Assembly: GCA_963811095.1 (NCBI GenBank)
Contig: CAWEQA010000018.1
Coordinates: 581,456-645,455 of the forward strand
Length of the DNA: 64,000 bases
Source: an uncultured Acidobacteriaceae bacterium
Lineage (GTDB): Bacteria; Acidobacteriota; Terriglobia; Terriglobales; Acidobacteriaceae
Direction: 5' to 3'
A model generated the notes under the pieces. That model was not told the origin of the DNA, did not search any database, and was given only the letters and a program-made list of their open reading frames with translations. Numbering within the stretch: the first letter of the stretch is position 1; each line of letters starts with the position of its first letter. The position numbers were made by a program, and so were the translations under genes. Shown here one piece after another: positions 30,293 to 40,300 of the stretch.

Positions 30293-31321
30293 ATGAGTCA
30301 TAAAGTAACGCTGATCCCCGGAGACGGGATCGGTCCCGAAGTAATGCAGGCAACGGTGCGCATTCTGGAAGCGACCGGGGTGAAGTTCGAGTGGGAAACC
30401 TTCGCCGTGGGGGCGGAGGCATTTGAAAAATCAGGCGAGTATATTCCCAAGGATTTGATCGAGTCGCTGGAGCGCACCCACGTCGGTTTGAAGGGTCCGG
30501 TAACGACGCCGGTCGGTGGCGGCTTCCCCAGCATCAATGTCGCCCTGCGGAAACGATTCGAGCTCTATGCCAACTTCCGGCCGATCCGCAATCTGCCGCA
30601 TATTCCCACGCGCTATCCGGACGTCGATCTGATCATCGTTCGCGAGAATACCGAAGGGCTCTATTCAGGGTTGGAGCACGAGGTAGTACCCGGCGTGGTG
30701 GAGAGTCTGAAGATCATCACCGAGAAAGCATCGACGCGCATCGCCAAGTTCGCTTTCGAATACGCACGCAAGAATCAGCGCAAGAAGATTCACTGCATCC
30801 ACAAAGCTAACATCATGAAGTTGTCGGACGGACTGTTCCTGCGCTGCACCCGCAATGTGGCGAAGGATTATCCCGAAATCACTTACGGCGAACACATTGT
30901 CGACAACACCTGCATGCAGTTGGTGATGAATCCCTACCAGTACGACATGCTGGTGATGGAGAATCTGTACGGCGACATTCTCTCGGATTTGTGTGCGGCC
31001 TTTGTCGGCGGACTGGGCTTCGTCCCCAGCGCAAACCTGGGTGACGACTGCGCCGTGTTTGAAGCCGTACACGGCTCCGCGCCCGATATTGCGGGAAAGA
31101 ATGTGGCCAACCCCACGGCTCTGCTGCGCTCGGCCCTGCTGATGGTGCGGCATCTCGGGGAGCACGCCGCTTCCACGCAGATTCGAAATGCGCTGGAGCG
31201 GGTCTACCGGCACCCGGAAAAACTGACCCGCGATATCGGCGGAAAGTCTGGGACGTCGGAATTTGCCGACGCCGTCATTGAGGAAATGCAGAGCAGCAAG
31301 ACCGAACCGGCACGGGTCTAG
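30293..31321 (+). CDS. isocitrate/isopropylmalate dehydrogenase family enzyme, probably NAD-dependent isocitrate dehydrogenase
   Basis: 342 aa. LIPGDGIGPEV, NLYGDILSD, FEAVHGSAPDIAGKN. Confidence 0.85.
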   Translation: MSHKVTLIPGDGIGPEVMQATVRILEATGVKFEWETFAVGAEAFEKSGEYIPKDLIESLERTHVGLKGPVTTPVGGGFPSINVALRKRFELYANFRPIRNLPHIPTRYPDVDLIIVRENTEGLYSGLEHEVVPGVVESLKIITEKASTRIAKFAFEYARKNQRKKIHCIHKANIMKLSDGLFLRCTRNVAKDYPEITYGEHIVDNTCMQLVMNPYQYDMLVMENLYGDILSDLCAAFVGGLGFVPSANLGDDCAVFEAVHGSAPDIAGKNVANPTALLRSALLMVRHLGEHAASTQIRNALERVYRHPEKLTRDIGGKSGTSEFADAVIEEMQSSKTEPARV

Positions 31322-31346
31322 CTTTCGGCTGTAGTGCCCAAAACGC

Positions 31347-32246
31347 TTACCTGCGCTTCAACGCTTCCAGTTCTTCCAAAGTTCGTGGCCAGTCCGATCC
31401 CAGCAGGCGGGAGAGGCTCCGGTCGGCCAGTACCTTTCCGCCGGTCTGGCAACGCGCGCAATAGTTGGTCTCTTTGTCGGCATAGCGAATTCTCAAAATC
31501 TTATCGCCGCACCTCGGACAAGGAAGTCCAAAACGTCCGTGGGCTGCCATGTCGAGACGAAACGCCGTGACCTTTTCTGGAAAAGCTTTTTCTGCCTCGA
31601 TGCGCAGTCGATTCATCCACAGCTGCAGTGTCTGTCGTGTGGCCGCGAACAGCCGCTGCCAGTCGTCCGGCGAAAGCCTGCTGGTGAGCAGGATCGGGGA
31701 GAGTTGCGCCGCATGCAGAATCTCGTCGGAATATGCGTTGCCGATGCCGCTCAGTAAGCGTGGATCGGTCAGCGCGCGCTTCAACGTATGATTTTCAGCC
31801 GTCATCACTGCTCGAAACGAACTCAGATCTGCCGTGAATACATCGACACCTCCGGCATCCAGGGAGCGCAGCCCTTCCTCGCCGTTGACCAGATGCAGCG
31901 CCGCTCGATGCTTGCTGCCCGCTTCCGTCAGAACCAGCGAACCATTCGGAAAGTCGAAGGCGGCCAGACTCTGGCGGCCCGCCAGTTTGGCGTCCGCTGC
32001 TCGCCAATGCAACCGGCCCGCAATCATCAGGTGCAGCACCAGCCAGAGGCCGCCCTCCACGCCGATCGCGATTCGCTTGCCGACGCGGCTGAGTTTCTCC
32101 ACGACTCGTCCTTCGGCACTGGCAAGCGCCGGTTGGACCGTCCGCAGCAAAAAAGGACTCGCCAGGCGTACATGCTGCAGAGGTTGGCCCACGATGCGTG
32201 GTTCGAGCGCGCTGATGTAGGCTGCTATGTCTGGCAATTCGGGCAT
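31347..32246 (-). CDS. Fpg/Nei-family DNA glycosylase / AP lyase
   Basis: ATG 32246 gives MPELPDI... (catalytic Pro2/Glu3). H2TH region and C-terminal zinc finger CPRCG...CARCQ. Confidence 0.85.
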   Translation of the reverse strand: MPELPDIAAYISALEPRIVGQPLQHVRLASPFLLRTVQPALASAEGRVVEKLSRVGKRIAIGVEGGLWLVLHLMIAGRLHWRAADAKLAGRQSLAAFDFPNGSLVLTEAGSKHRAALHLVNGEEGLRSLDAGGVDVFTADLSSFRAVMTAENHTLKRALTDPRLLSGIGNAYSDEILHAAQLSPILLTSRLSPDDWQRLFAATRQTLQLWMNRLRIEAEKAFPEKVTAFRLDMAAHGRFGLPCPRCGDKILRIRYADKETNYCARCQTGGKVLADRSLSRLLGSDWPRTLEELEALKRR

Positions 32247-32506
32247 AGAGATCAGATTGCACGGGGGACGAGGATTTTTCAACGTCAGTCCCCGCGATTC
32301 GCCGTCCCGTGTTGGCAATTTGCCCCTGCGCGGCCTTTGAAGCCGTGCACGGCTCGGCGCCCGACATCGGGGATCTCCCCGGTCGTAACATCCACCAAAT
32401 CCGCCGTGCACGCGGGTTCCAGCGGCCTACCCGCTGGTCGATGGACTTTCGTGTGGTGATTCCCACAACATTCGCTCCTATGATTTGAGGGCGAGGGGAA
32501 AAGCCT

Positions 32507-33127
32507 ATGAAATCATGGACGGGAGTTTTAGCGGGTTTAGCGTGCACGCTATTGCTGGCAGGTTCCGCAATGGCGCAAGGTGGTGAACTCGTTGGAGCGG
32601 AGTGGGGAGTTCCGGGACGCCGAGTCGACGTCACCGCCCAGGTGCGTAGCTTCATACACGACGGCTTGTTGCAACTTGAGGTCACCCGGTTCAATCTGGG
32701 GATCGATCCGGCGCCGGGCCAGATCAAAGTGCTGGTCGTCCGCCTGCGCGAGTGGGACGGCGACATTCGAGACTACAGCTATGCGGAACGATCCTGGGCG
32801 CGTTTGGAACTGGATCCCCCGGATTGGCACGAACGGCGCGAGCGCGAAGAGCGTCGCGAAGAACATCGCGATGAAGCCTACGACCGGCACGAGAGAGGCT
32901 TGCGGATTCTACGTGCCTACTACGGAGCGGACGGACAATTCATGAACGTGACCGACGCGCTGCGCAGCCGAGTGGATGACGGAAGGCTTTACCTTCACGT
33001 CGACAACTACAGCATGGGCGGGGATCCGCTGCCTGGAGCCCACAAACGATTGCGCATTCTGTATACGATTGACGGAGATCGCCGGAACGTCGTGGTCGAC
33101 GAAAGGACCGATCTGCGGTTGCCGTAA
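32507..33127 (+). CDS. secreted protein with two copies of a beta-rich module (DUF3395-like) joined by an Arg/Glu-rich linker
   Basis: Signal peptide ...GSAMAQG. The repeated pattern is YG..G...DVT...RS...DG.L.L.V....G.DP.PG..K.L...Y. Confidence 0.6.
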   Translation: MKSWTGVLAGLACTLLLAGSAMAQGGELVGAEWGVPGRRVDVTAQVRSFIHDGLLQLEVTRFNLGIDPAPGQIKVLVVRLREWDGDIRDYSYAERSWARLELDPPDWHERREREERREEHRDEAYDRHERGLRILRAYYGADGQFMNVTDALRSRVDDGRLYLHVDNYSMGGDPLPGAHKRLRILYTIDGDRRNVVVDERTDLRLP

Positions 33128-33175
33128 GAGATTCGACATCGTTTCAAAGATCGGCAAACTGCAAACCTCTAAGAA

Positions 33176-33206
33176 GCTCGCCAGCCTGTCTGGCGGGCTT
33201 TTTCTT
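33176..33206 (+). terminator. rho-independent terminator
   Basis: GCTCGCCAG-CCTGT-CTGGCGGGC stem-loop followed by TTTTT, 49 nt after the stop at 33127. Confidence 0.6.
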
Positions 33207-33348
33207 CTGTTGAACATTTCATCGGGTGTCCACACAGGTGCTCCACGTGTCGGAAAGCATACATTCCCACAGACTTTTGCAATTGCACCATTGACTCGCG
33301 CGCTCGGTTCGGAGTACAGTCCTTGGCGTTCTGGGGATTCTGGGGAAA

Positions 33349-34401
33349 ATGACGCGCACATCACGGCGTGTGGGGATAGTTCTCTTTCAGCTCGGTGGAC
33401 CCGACACGCTGGAAGCGATCGAACCTTTTCTGTACAACCTCTTTTGCGACCCGGACATTATTGACTTCCCTTTTGCCCGCATCGGGCGCAAACCCCTCGC
33501 CAAACTGATCTCGACCACCCGCGCCCGCAAGGTGCAGCATCACTATGCGACCATCGGTGGAGGTTCGCCGATCCGGCGTCACACGGAGCGCCAGGCTCGA
33601 GCTCTCGAGACAGAACTGCGCGGTCAGGGCGTCGATGCTCACTGCTTCGTGGCCATGCGGTACTGGCACCCGTTTACTCGCGAAGCGATCGAGCAACTGC
33701 AGGCGGCAGAGTGTGACGAGGTAGTGCTCCTGCCGTTGTATCCGCAGTATTCGTCCACAACCACCGGATCGAGCTTGAACGAATGGCGGCGGCTCTTCCA
33801 GGGCGACGCTCCGGTCCATTGCGTAGAGACTTTCTATCGTAATACGATGTATCTGGATGCGGTCGTTGAGAAGGTGAACCAAGCGCTTTCTCGCTTCCCT
33901 GTCCCCGAACGTGCGGAACTGGTGTTCAGCGCGCACAGCATACCGATGTCGGTGATCGAAAAAGGCGACCCCTACCAGCACCAGATCGAGGAAACGGTGC
34001 GCCTTCTGACCGAGCGCGGCGGCTGGAGCAATCCGCAGCGCCTTTGCTACCAGAGCAAGGTCGGAGCAAGCCGCTGGCTGCAACCCTCCCTGCATCAAAC
34101 TTTAAAGCAGTTGGCGGAACGAGCGCGTGCGCGAGATGTGTGTCGTCCCCGTCGCGTTCGTTTCCGATCACGTGGAGACTCTCGGCGAAATCGATCATGA
34201 GGCCCGGGAGGAAGCGCACCGGCTCGGGATTACGAGTTTGAAATGAGCGCAGGATTAAACGATTCCGCAAAATTCATACGCGCTCTGAGCCAGCTCGTGC
34301 AGGAGGCTCTGGACCAGGCCGTTCATAGCTTGATTCCGATTCGCAGTTCAGGGAGGACGTTGGCGGAGCCGCAGTACGCGGCGGCCGCTGGTTTGGATTA
34401 G
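33349..34401 (+). pseudogene. hemH: ferrochelatase with a ~117-nt internal segment out of frame (two compensating frameshifts)
   Basis: Frame 1 runs 33349 to ~34120. The conserved VVPVAFVSDHVETLGEIDHEA block is in frame 2 (34121..~34239). The frame-1 tail MSAGLNDSAKFIRAL... runs 34243..34401. Confidence 0.8.
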
Positions 34402-34515
34402 GGCCAAGTCATCGAAGTTACAGGAGGGAGTTCATGGCGGAGGAGACCGGGAAGGTCAACCCGAATCCCGAGGCGGCGAAACCCGCTGACGGGGGCGCAG
34501 GATGCCACCAAGTAT

Positions 34516-35070
34516 GTGGGCACACCGGCCGTGGGAACCTCGAAAGCGGCGGCAGCCGCTGGCGTGGCGGGCACCGCTCCGTCCACGGAGATCGATCGCC
34601 ACCGTCGCCGCTTTGTTTGGACGATGGTCACCGGCTTCCTGATGGCGTGGTTCCTGGCGTTCTTTCGCTTCTTTCTCCCGCGCACTCTGTTTGAACCCAA
34701 CTCCGTTTTCAAGATTGGCTACCCGTCCGAATTCGCCCTCGGCGTCGACACCAAGTTCCAGCAGAAATATCGCATCTGGGTCGATCGCACACCCGACCGA
34801 CTGTTCGTGATCTATGCACGCTGCACTCACCTGGGCTGCACGCCCGATTGGAAACCCAGCGAAAACAAATTCAAGTGTCCCTGCCACGGTAGCGGCTACG
34901 ACAGCGAAGGGATCAACTTCGAAGGACCGGCGCCCAGACCGATGGACCGCGCGAAAATCGAACTGGCACCCGACGGACAGATCATCGTAGACACTTCGCG
35001 CCTCTATCAGTGGCCCAAGGGACAGCCCTCGCACTTTAATGATCCGGGAGCGTTTTTGACGGGCGTGTAA
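34516..35070 (+). CDS. Rieske [2Fe-2S] subunit of a cytochrome bc-type complex
   Basis: Tat-like RRRF, a TM helix, CTHLGC and CPCHGS boxes. The true start is probably ATG 34434 (see findings). Confidence 0.85.
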   Translation: MGTPAVGTSKAAAAAGVAGTAPSTEIDRHRRRFVWTMVTGFLMAWFLAFFRFFLPRTLFEPNSVFKIGYPSEFALGVDTKFQQKYRIWVDRTPDRLFVIYARCTHLGCTPDWKPSENKFKCPCHGSGYDSEGINFEGPAPRPMDRAKIELAPDGQIIVDTSRLYQWPKGQPSHFNDPGAFLTGV

Positions 35071-35082
35071 ACCAGAGGGCGA

Positions 35083-35119
35083 GACGCCCTCGCGACGGCC
35101 GGCGGGACGCCGGCGCTAC
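35083..35119. repeat. double-hairpin REP-like element (family B)
   Basis: 32 of 37 nt match 40710..40746, including the exact 14-mer GACGCCGGCGCTAC. Hairpin GCCGGCG-GGA-CGCCGGC. Confidence 0.65.
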
Positions 35120-35130
35120 AGAAAACTCAT

Positions 35131-36108
35131 ATGGCTGACCAAAACAATCCGAACGGCGGCAACGGCGGCTCTAACGGCAGCTCCAACGCAAAGAACGGGA
35201 AAGTCGGGCTGGTGGAACGAGTCACGACGGGCGTCAAGGACGATATTCAGGCCCTCAAGACTGACATCCCCAGCAAGGCAAAGGAACAGATCGAGGGGCT
35301 GAAAGATCCCACCAAGACCCAGGTCTACACCTCGATCTTCCGCCACAAGCACGACGACACGCCCCGCAACCGAGCGCTGGGCGTGCTTTCCAACGTGTTC
35401 CTGCACCTGCATCCCGCGAAGATCAATCGTGACGCTGTGCGCTACAGCTACACTTGGGGCATGGGCGGGATCACGTTCTACCTGTTCATCATCCTGACCT
35501 ACACCGGCGTCTTGCTGATGTTCTACTACCACCCGAGCAAGGTGCAGGCGTTCCGTGACGTGCTCTATCTGGAGCACGATGTCCCCTTCGGCAAGATATT
35601 GCGCAACATGCACCGGTGGGCCGCCCACCTGATGGTGATCGGCGTGTGGCTGCACATGTTCCGCGTGTTCCTGACCGGGTCGTACAAGAAGCCGCGCGAG
35701 TTCAACTGGAATATCGGCGTGCTGCTGCTGGTGTTCACGCTGCTGCTCTCGTTCACGGGATATCTGCTGCCGGACGATCAACTTGGATTCTGGGCTGTCA
35801 CCGTGGGCACGAACATGGCCCGCGCCACTCCACTCTTGGGGCACGAAGGTCCGTTCGGCTCGATGCTCGGCATGACTCCCTACAACGATGTGCGCTTCGG
35901 ATTGCTGGGCGGATCGATAGTGGACGCGAATGCTCTGCTGCGGTCCTACATTTGGCATTGCATCGGGATTCCCATCGTGGCCTCGGTGCTGATGATTGTG
36001 CACTTCTGGCGGGTGCGAAAAGACGGCGGAATTTCTGGTCCGGCTCCAGTGATGCTGGAAGCAGAAGCCGACAAGCCGCGTCGCGGCCCGAAGGCCGCGG
36101 GAGAGTAA
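35131..36108 (+). CDS. cytochrome b, N-terminal (b6-like) subunit
   Basis: HRWAAHLMVIGVWLHMF and WHCIGIPIVASVLMIVHF haem-ligand helices. Confidence 0.9.
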   Translation: MADQNNPNGGNGGSNGSSNAKNGKVGLVERVTTGVKDDIQALKTDIPSKAKEQIEGLKDPTKTQVYTSIFRHKHDDTPRNRALGVLSNVFLHLHPAKINRDAVRYSYTWGMGGITFYLFIILTYTGVLLMFYYHPSKVQAFRDVLYLEHDVPFGKILRNMHRWAAHLMVIGVWLHMFRVFLTGSYKKPREFNWNIGVLLLVFTLLLSFTGYLLPDDQLGFWAVTVGTNMARATPLLGHEGPFGSMLGMTPYNDVRFGLLGGSIVDANALLRSYIWHCIGIPIVASVLMIVHFWRVRKDGGISGPAPVMLEAEADKPRRGPKAAGE

Positions 36109-36116
36109 GAACAGTT

Positions 36117-36220
36117 TGTGTGGGGACAGCCGCCATCGGCTGTCCGCCGGGCGAAGCCCGGCAACGGAAACGCTTCGAGTTAGTGCGCGACGGACGGCCG
36201 AAGGCGGCCGTCCCCACATG
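36117..36220. repeat. inverted pair of family A REP elements
   Basis: Hairpins at 36124..36145 (GGACAGCCG/CGGCTGTCC) and 36192..36213 (GGACGGCCG/CGGCCGTCC). The outer ends GTGGGGAC and GTCCCCAC are inverted. Confidence 0.8.
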
Positions 36221-36248
36221 ATTCAGAAGTACGGGTCGTGGAGAGACT

Positions 36249-37178
36249 ATGGACTGGCGACAACTCTGGGAGATTTGTTCGGCGCCCGACAACGTGCCGA
36301 TCGTCGGCTTGATTCCGCTGCTTGCGTTCTACATCTATCTCGCGGTGAAACAAGCCCGGGCCAACGACCAGTTGATCGAACAACTCGAAGCCGATCCCGC
36401 GATGGCCAAGACCCACCATCGCAAGACCTGGCCCCTTAAGCCCGGATGGGCCAAGGAGGTGCACGTCTGGCCATTCCTGCTGCGTGTTGAATTTCTGGCC
36501 GCCATCATCGTCACCATCATTCTGATGGTCTGGTCAATCACTCTGAACGCGCCGCTCGAGGAGCCCGCGAATCCTAACCTTACGATGAATCCTGCGAAAG
36601 CTCCGTGGTACTTCCTCGGACTGCAGGAGATGCTCGTCTATTTCGATCCGTGGATTGCTGGCGTTGTCATGCCGACAATGATCATCATCGGCCTGATGGT
36701 CATTCCCTACATCGACACCAATCCTTTGGGCAGCGGGTACTACACCTGGAAACAGCGCAAGTTTTCGATTTCCACGTTTATGTTCGGCTTCGTGATTCTA
36801 TGGGTCGCAATGATCATCATTGGCACGTTCATTCGCGGGCCCGGCTGGCAGTGGTTCTGGCCTGGGCAGACCTGGGATCACAACCGCTTAATCTACGAGG
36901 TGAACCGCGATCTGCCGGACATCTTCGGGCTCACCTCGAACATGGCGAAGGCAATTTTTGGCGCCATTGTGGTGGGCGGATTTTATGTGGTCGGCGGCGG
37001 AGCGGTGTACTCACTGTTTCGCCGCAAAATGCAGAAAGATTTCCAGCGCATGAGCCTGCTGCAGTTTTCGCTCATGGCGTTTTTGTGGCTGACCATGCTG
37101 GCTTTGCCGCTGAAGATGGCTTTGCGGCTTCTGTGGCACATCAAGTATGTGTGGATTACACCGTGGTTCAACGTTTGA
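36249..37178 (+). CDS. cytochrome b C-terminal (subunit IV-like) membrane subunit
   Basis: Qo-site PEWY-type motif as PAKAPWYFLGLQE. Several TM helices. Confidence 0.8.
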   Translation: MDWRQLWEICSAPDNVPIVGLIPLLAFYIYLAVKQARANDQLIEQLEADPAMAKTHHRKTWPLKPGWAKEVHVWPFLLRVEFLAAIIVTIILMVWSITLNAPLEEPANPNLTMNPAKAPWYFLGLQEMLVYFDPWIAGVVMPTMIIIGLMVIPYIDTNPLGSGYYTWKQRKFSISTFMFGFVILWVAMIIIGTFIRGPGWQWFWPGQTWDHNRLIYEVNRDLPDIFGLTSNMAKAIFGAIVVGGFYVVGGGAVYSLFRRKMQKDFQRMSLLQFSLMAFLWLTMLALPLKMALRLLWHIKYVWITPWFNV

Positions 37179-37193
37179 TTGTCATGCAGTGTA

Positions 37194-37323
37194 ATTGTCA
37201 TGCTGAGCGGAGCTGGAATTTCGCGAAGCGAGATTCCAGCGCAGTCGAAGCATCCCTACCCGCGAGTGCGGTGACAGTGATAGAGATTCTTCGCGCCAGA
37301 AACAAGGCGCTCAGAATGACAGT
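37194..37323. repeat. family E palindromic element
   Basis: Arms ATTGTCATGCTGAGCGG (37194..37210) and GCGCTCAGAATGACAGT (37307..37323). Inner hairpin GCTGGAAT..ATTCCAGC. Confidence 0.65.
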
Positions 37324-37357
37324 AGGAAACTAAGGTTCAACGCAGTCGGAGGAACTG

Positions 37358-40300
37358 GTGCCTGAAAAACCGATTCCCGAGCAGGATCCGATCACCGGAA
37401 AATCGTACGCGATCCACTACTTGATCGCGACGGTGATTCTGATAGGTACGCTGTTCTGGGCTTTGTACGACGAAGCATGGGGACAGCGCCCGTGGAAGGC
37501 CTTCCAAGATCAATGGAAGGACCGCTACAGCGCTTTCCTCAATACTGCGACCTCCAAGTCCGCAAAGTCCGAGCAATCGGTCGAGCAGGATCCGCAATAC
37601 GCTGCCCTCAAGCAGGATTACGAGAAGGCCTATCAGGAGTCCAAGGCCAAGGGCGACGAGGCTCGCAAGAAGCTCGACGATGCCAGCGCCCGTCTGCTGG
37701 CCGTGCAGAGTGTATTCACCGACCGCCGTGCCTACGTGAACGCGCTCACCTACGAGTTGGAAACGAGCACCAGCGACTCGGCGAAGGCCAGCAAGAAGAA
37801 GGACATCGATTCCTACAAAGATGAACAAGCGTCGGTCGAGTTTCCGGACGGCACCAAGCAGAAGTTTACGTTCCCGCAGTTGGAGGAGAAGTACAACGAG
37901 ATCCGCGATGAGCGGACCAAGCTGAGCCTCGAACTGGGCGATGTTCTGAAGCCGGTCACCGCGGCCAAGGCCAAGATGGACGAATACGTCTCGGACCACA
38001 TGGTCGACCTGACGCCGCAGCAAATTCAGGGGCTGAAGAAAAGAGCGTCGGACTGGGATCCGGCCATTGTGCAGATCAACGTGGCCGAGGCGAACATCGT
38101 GGACCGGTGCGAGTCCTGCCACATGAACACGCGCGAGCCACTGAAGATTACAGAAGCCGCAATGATGGCCAAAGGCGAGAAGCACCCGGATGAGTACGCC
38201 CAAGCCTTTGCCAGCCATACCGAACCAGAGTTGTTGTCGATTCATGATCCGGAGAAATTTGGATGTTCGCCGTGTCACCAGGGCAATGGGCGGGCGACCA
38301 CCAGCGTCGAGAAGGCGCACGGTAATTATGAACACTGGCTGTGGCCGCTTTATCCCAAAGAGAATTCGCAGGCGGGTTGCCAGTCGTGCCACTCCGCTGA
38401 CATGGTGCTGGCCAGCGGCGACGTTCAGTTCAACACCATCAACAACGGCAAGGACTTGTTCCGGCAGCGCGGCTGCATGGGCTGCCATCGCTACGAGGGC
38501 TACGACCGAGAACCCGAAGACCTGAATTCTGTCGGGCAGCAGATCAAGCAGATCGAGACGCAGAAGAAAGAAAACGTTAAGAGCTCGGCAGATTTGATGA
38601 AGCAGGCCGACGCCGCCGAATCAAACGACGAAGCCAACGCGCTCAACGTCAAGGCCGTCGATCTGAAAGTGGCTAACAGCAGGCTGGACGCCCGTTTGCA
38701 GCAGCTCGACTTTCAGTCGCACAGCCTGATGCAGGACCAGAAAAAGGTCGGCCCGAACCTGAAAGACGTCCGGCTCAAGCTAAACAAGAACTGGATTCCG
38801 GTCTGGCTGAAAAAGCCATCTGACTTCCGGCCGACTACGAAGATGCCGAACTTCCGCCTGACCGACCATCAGATTCAGGCCATCTCGGCGTACATCTGGC
38901 AATCCGGATTCACCGACGAACTCCCCAAACATAAGCCCGGAAACGCCGCTCACGGCAAAGAACTATTCGAAGAGCGCGGATGCCTTGCTTGCCACTCGAT
39001 TGGCGAGGGCGACCAGATGCAGGGTGGGGTGTTTTCAGCTAACTTGACCCGCGTCGGCGAAAAGGCGAATTACGACTATCTTGTGCGCTGGATTCACAAC
39101 GCGCGGCAGCGCACTCGACCGTATTGCCCGTACGAGAAAAAAGACATTGGTCCCGAAGATTACGCCAAGAAGGGACTGCCCTACGTATTCGACCTGGATC
39201 ATAGCCGCTGCCCGAACGACGGACACGAACTACAAGTGCAGAATATGACGGTGATGCCGAGCCTGCGCCTGAGCCCCGAGGATGCAGAGGACATCGCCAC
39301 GTATCTGATGACGCAGAAGAAACAGGAACCGTCGTCGTATCCGGACGCTTCGTTCATGGATGATCCGGCGCTGAAAGCGGAAGGAAAGAAGTGGGTCCGG
39401 TATCTATGGCTGCGGTGGGTGCCACGAAATTTCGGGCATGGAGGACGAAGGGCGCATCGGCACGGAACTGACGTATCGAGGGCAGCAAGCCAATCGAGCG
39501 TCTTGATTTCGCTCTATTCACCGACGTCGCGCAACGCGGCGGCAAGGGCTCGGAGCCGATCAAGGACAAAGATGATCTGGCACGCCTGCCCGATGGTCCT
39601 GCGACCGAACCTTGGTACGACCACAAAGGATTCTTCGAGCACAAACTCGCCGAACCGAATATCTACGATCAAGGCAAAGTGAAGGGCGAGACCGAAGCTC
39701 TGCGCATGCCGAACCTGCACCTGACGAAAGATCAGGTTCTCGATCTCACGACTTTCCTGTTGGGCAGCCAGGAGACTTCCCTGCCCCAGAGCTATCAATA
39801 CAAGCCGGGTGATGCGCGCCATGACATTCAAGAGGGCTGGTGGATCGTCAAGAAGTACAACTGCATGGGATGCCACCAGTTCATCCCCGGCCAGCGCACG
39901 ATCCTGATGGGCCTCAAGCAATATCAGGACGTACAGGAGCAATTGCCACCGAAGTTACTGACCGAAGGCGCCCGCGTCGATCCCGAATGGCTGCGGAAGT
40001 TCCTTTCGAATCCGGCGCTCAGCACCACGGACACGAACCGAAACGGCGTGCGCCCGTATCTGAAAGTTCGCATGCCAACGTTCTCGTTCTCAGACAACGA
40101 ACTGCGAAAGCTGGTCCGATTCTTCGAAGCTTTGTCGCAGCAACCCCTTCCCTACATTCCGGAAGAGGTACCAACGCTCACGGCCAAAGAAACAGACATG
40201 GCCCGCAGCCTGTTCTCGAGCACGGCGGCGCCCTGCCTGAAGTGCCACGCTACAGGCGATCCGTCACACGATAAGATCGCCACCGCGCCGAATTTCCTGC

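Noticed and set aside
34434-34694. Track ORF 34434..34694 as an independent 86-aa gene.
   Set aside because: Only its first ~20 codons look protein-like. The rest is the Rieske gene read out of frame.
25782-39480. Apparent rule that the extra base at frameshift sites is always a C at a codon boundary (ATA-C-GAG, TAT-C-TAT, TAT-C-GAG, GAA-C-GAG).
   Set aside because: The position of a 1-nt insertion is ambiguous within a few bases. For example, removing A or T instead gives ATC-ATC-GAG or TAC-TAT-GGC, which are equally good repairs. No pattern can be claimed.
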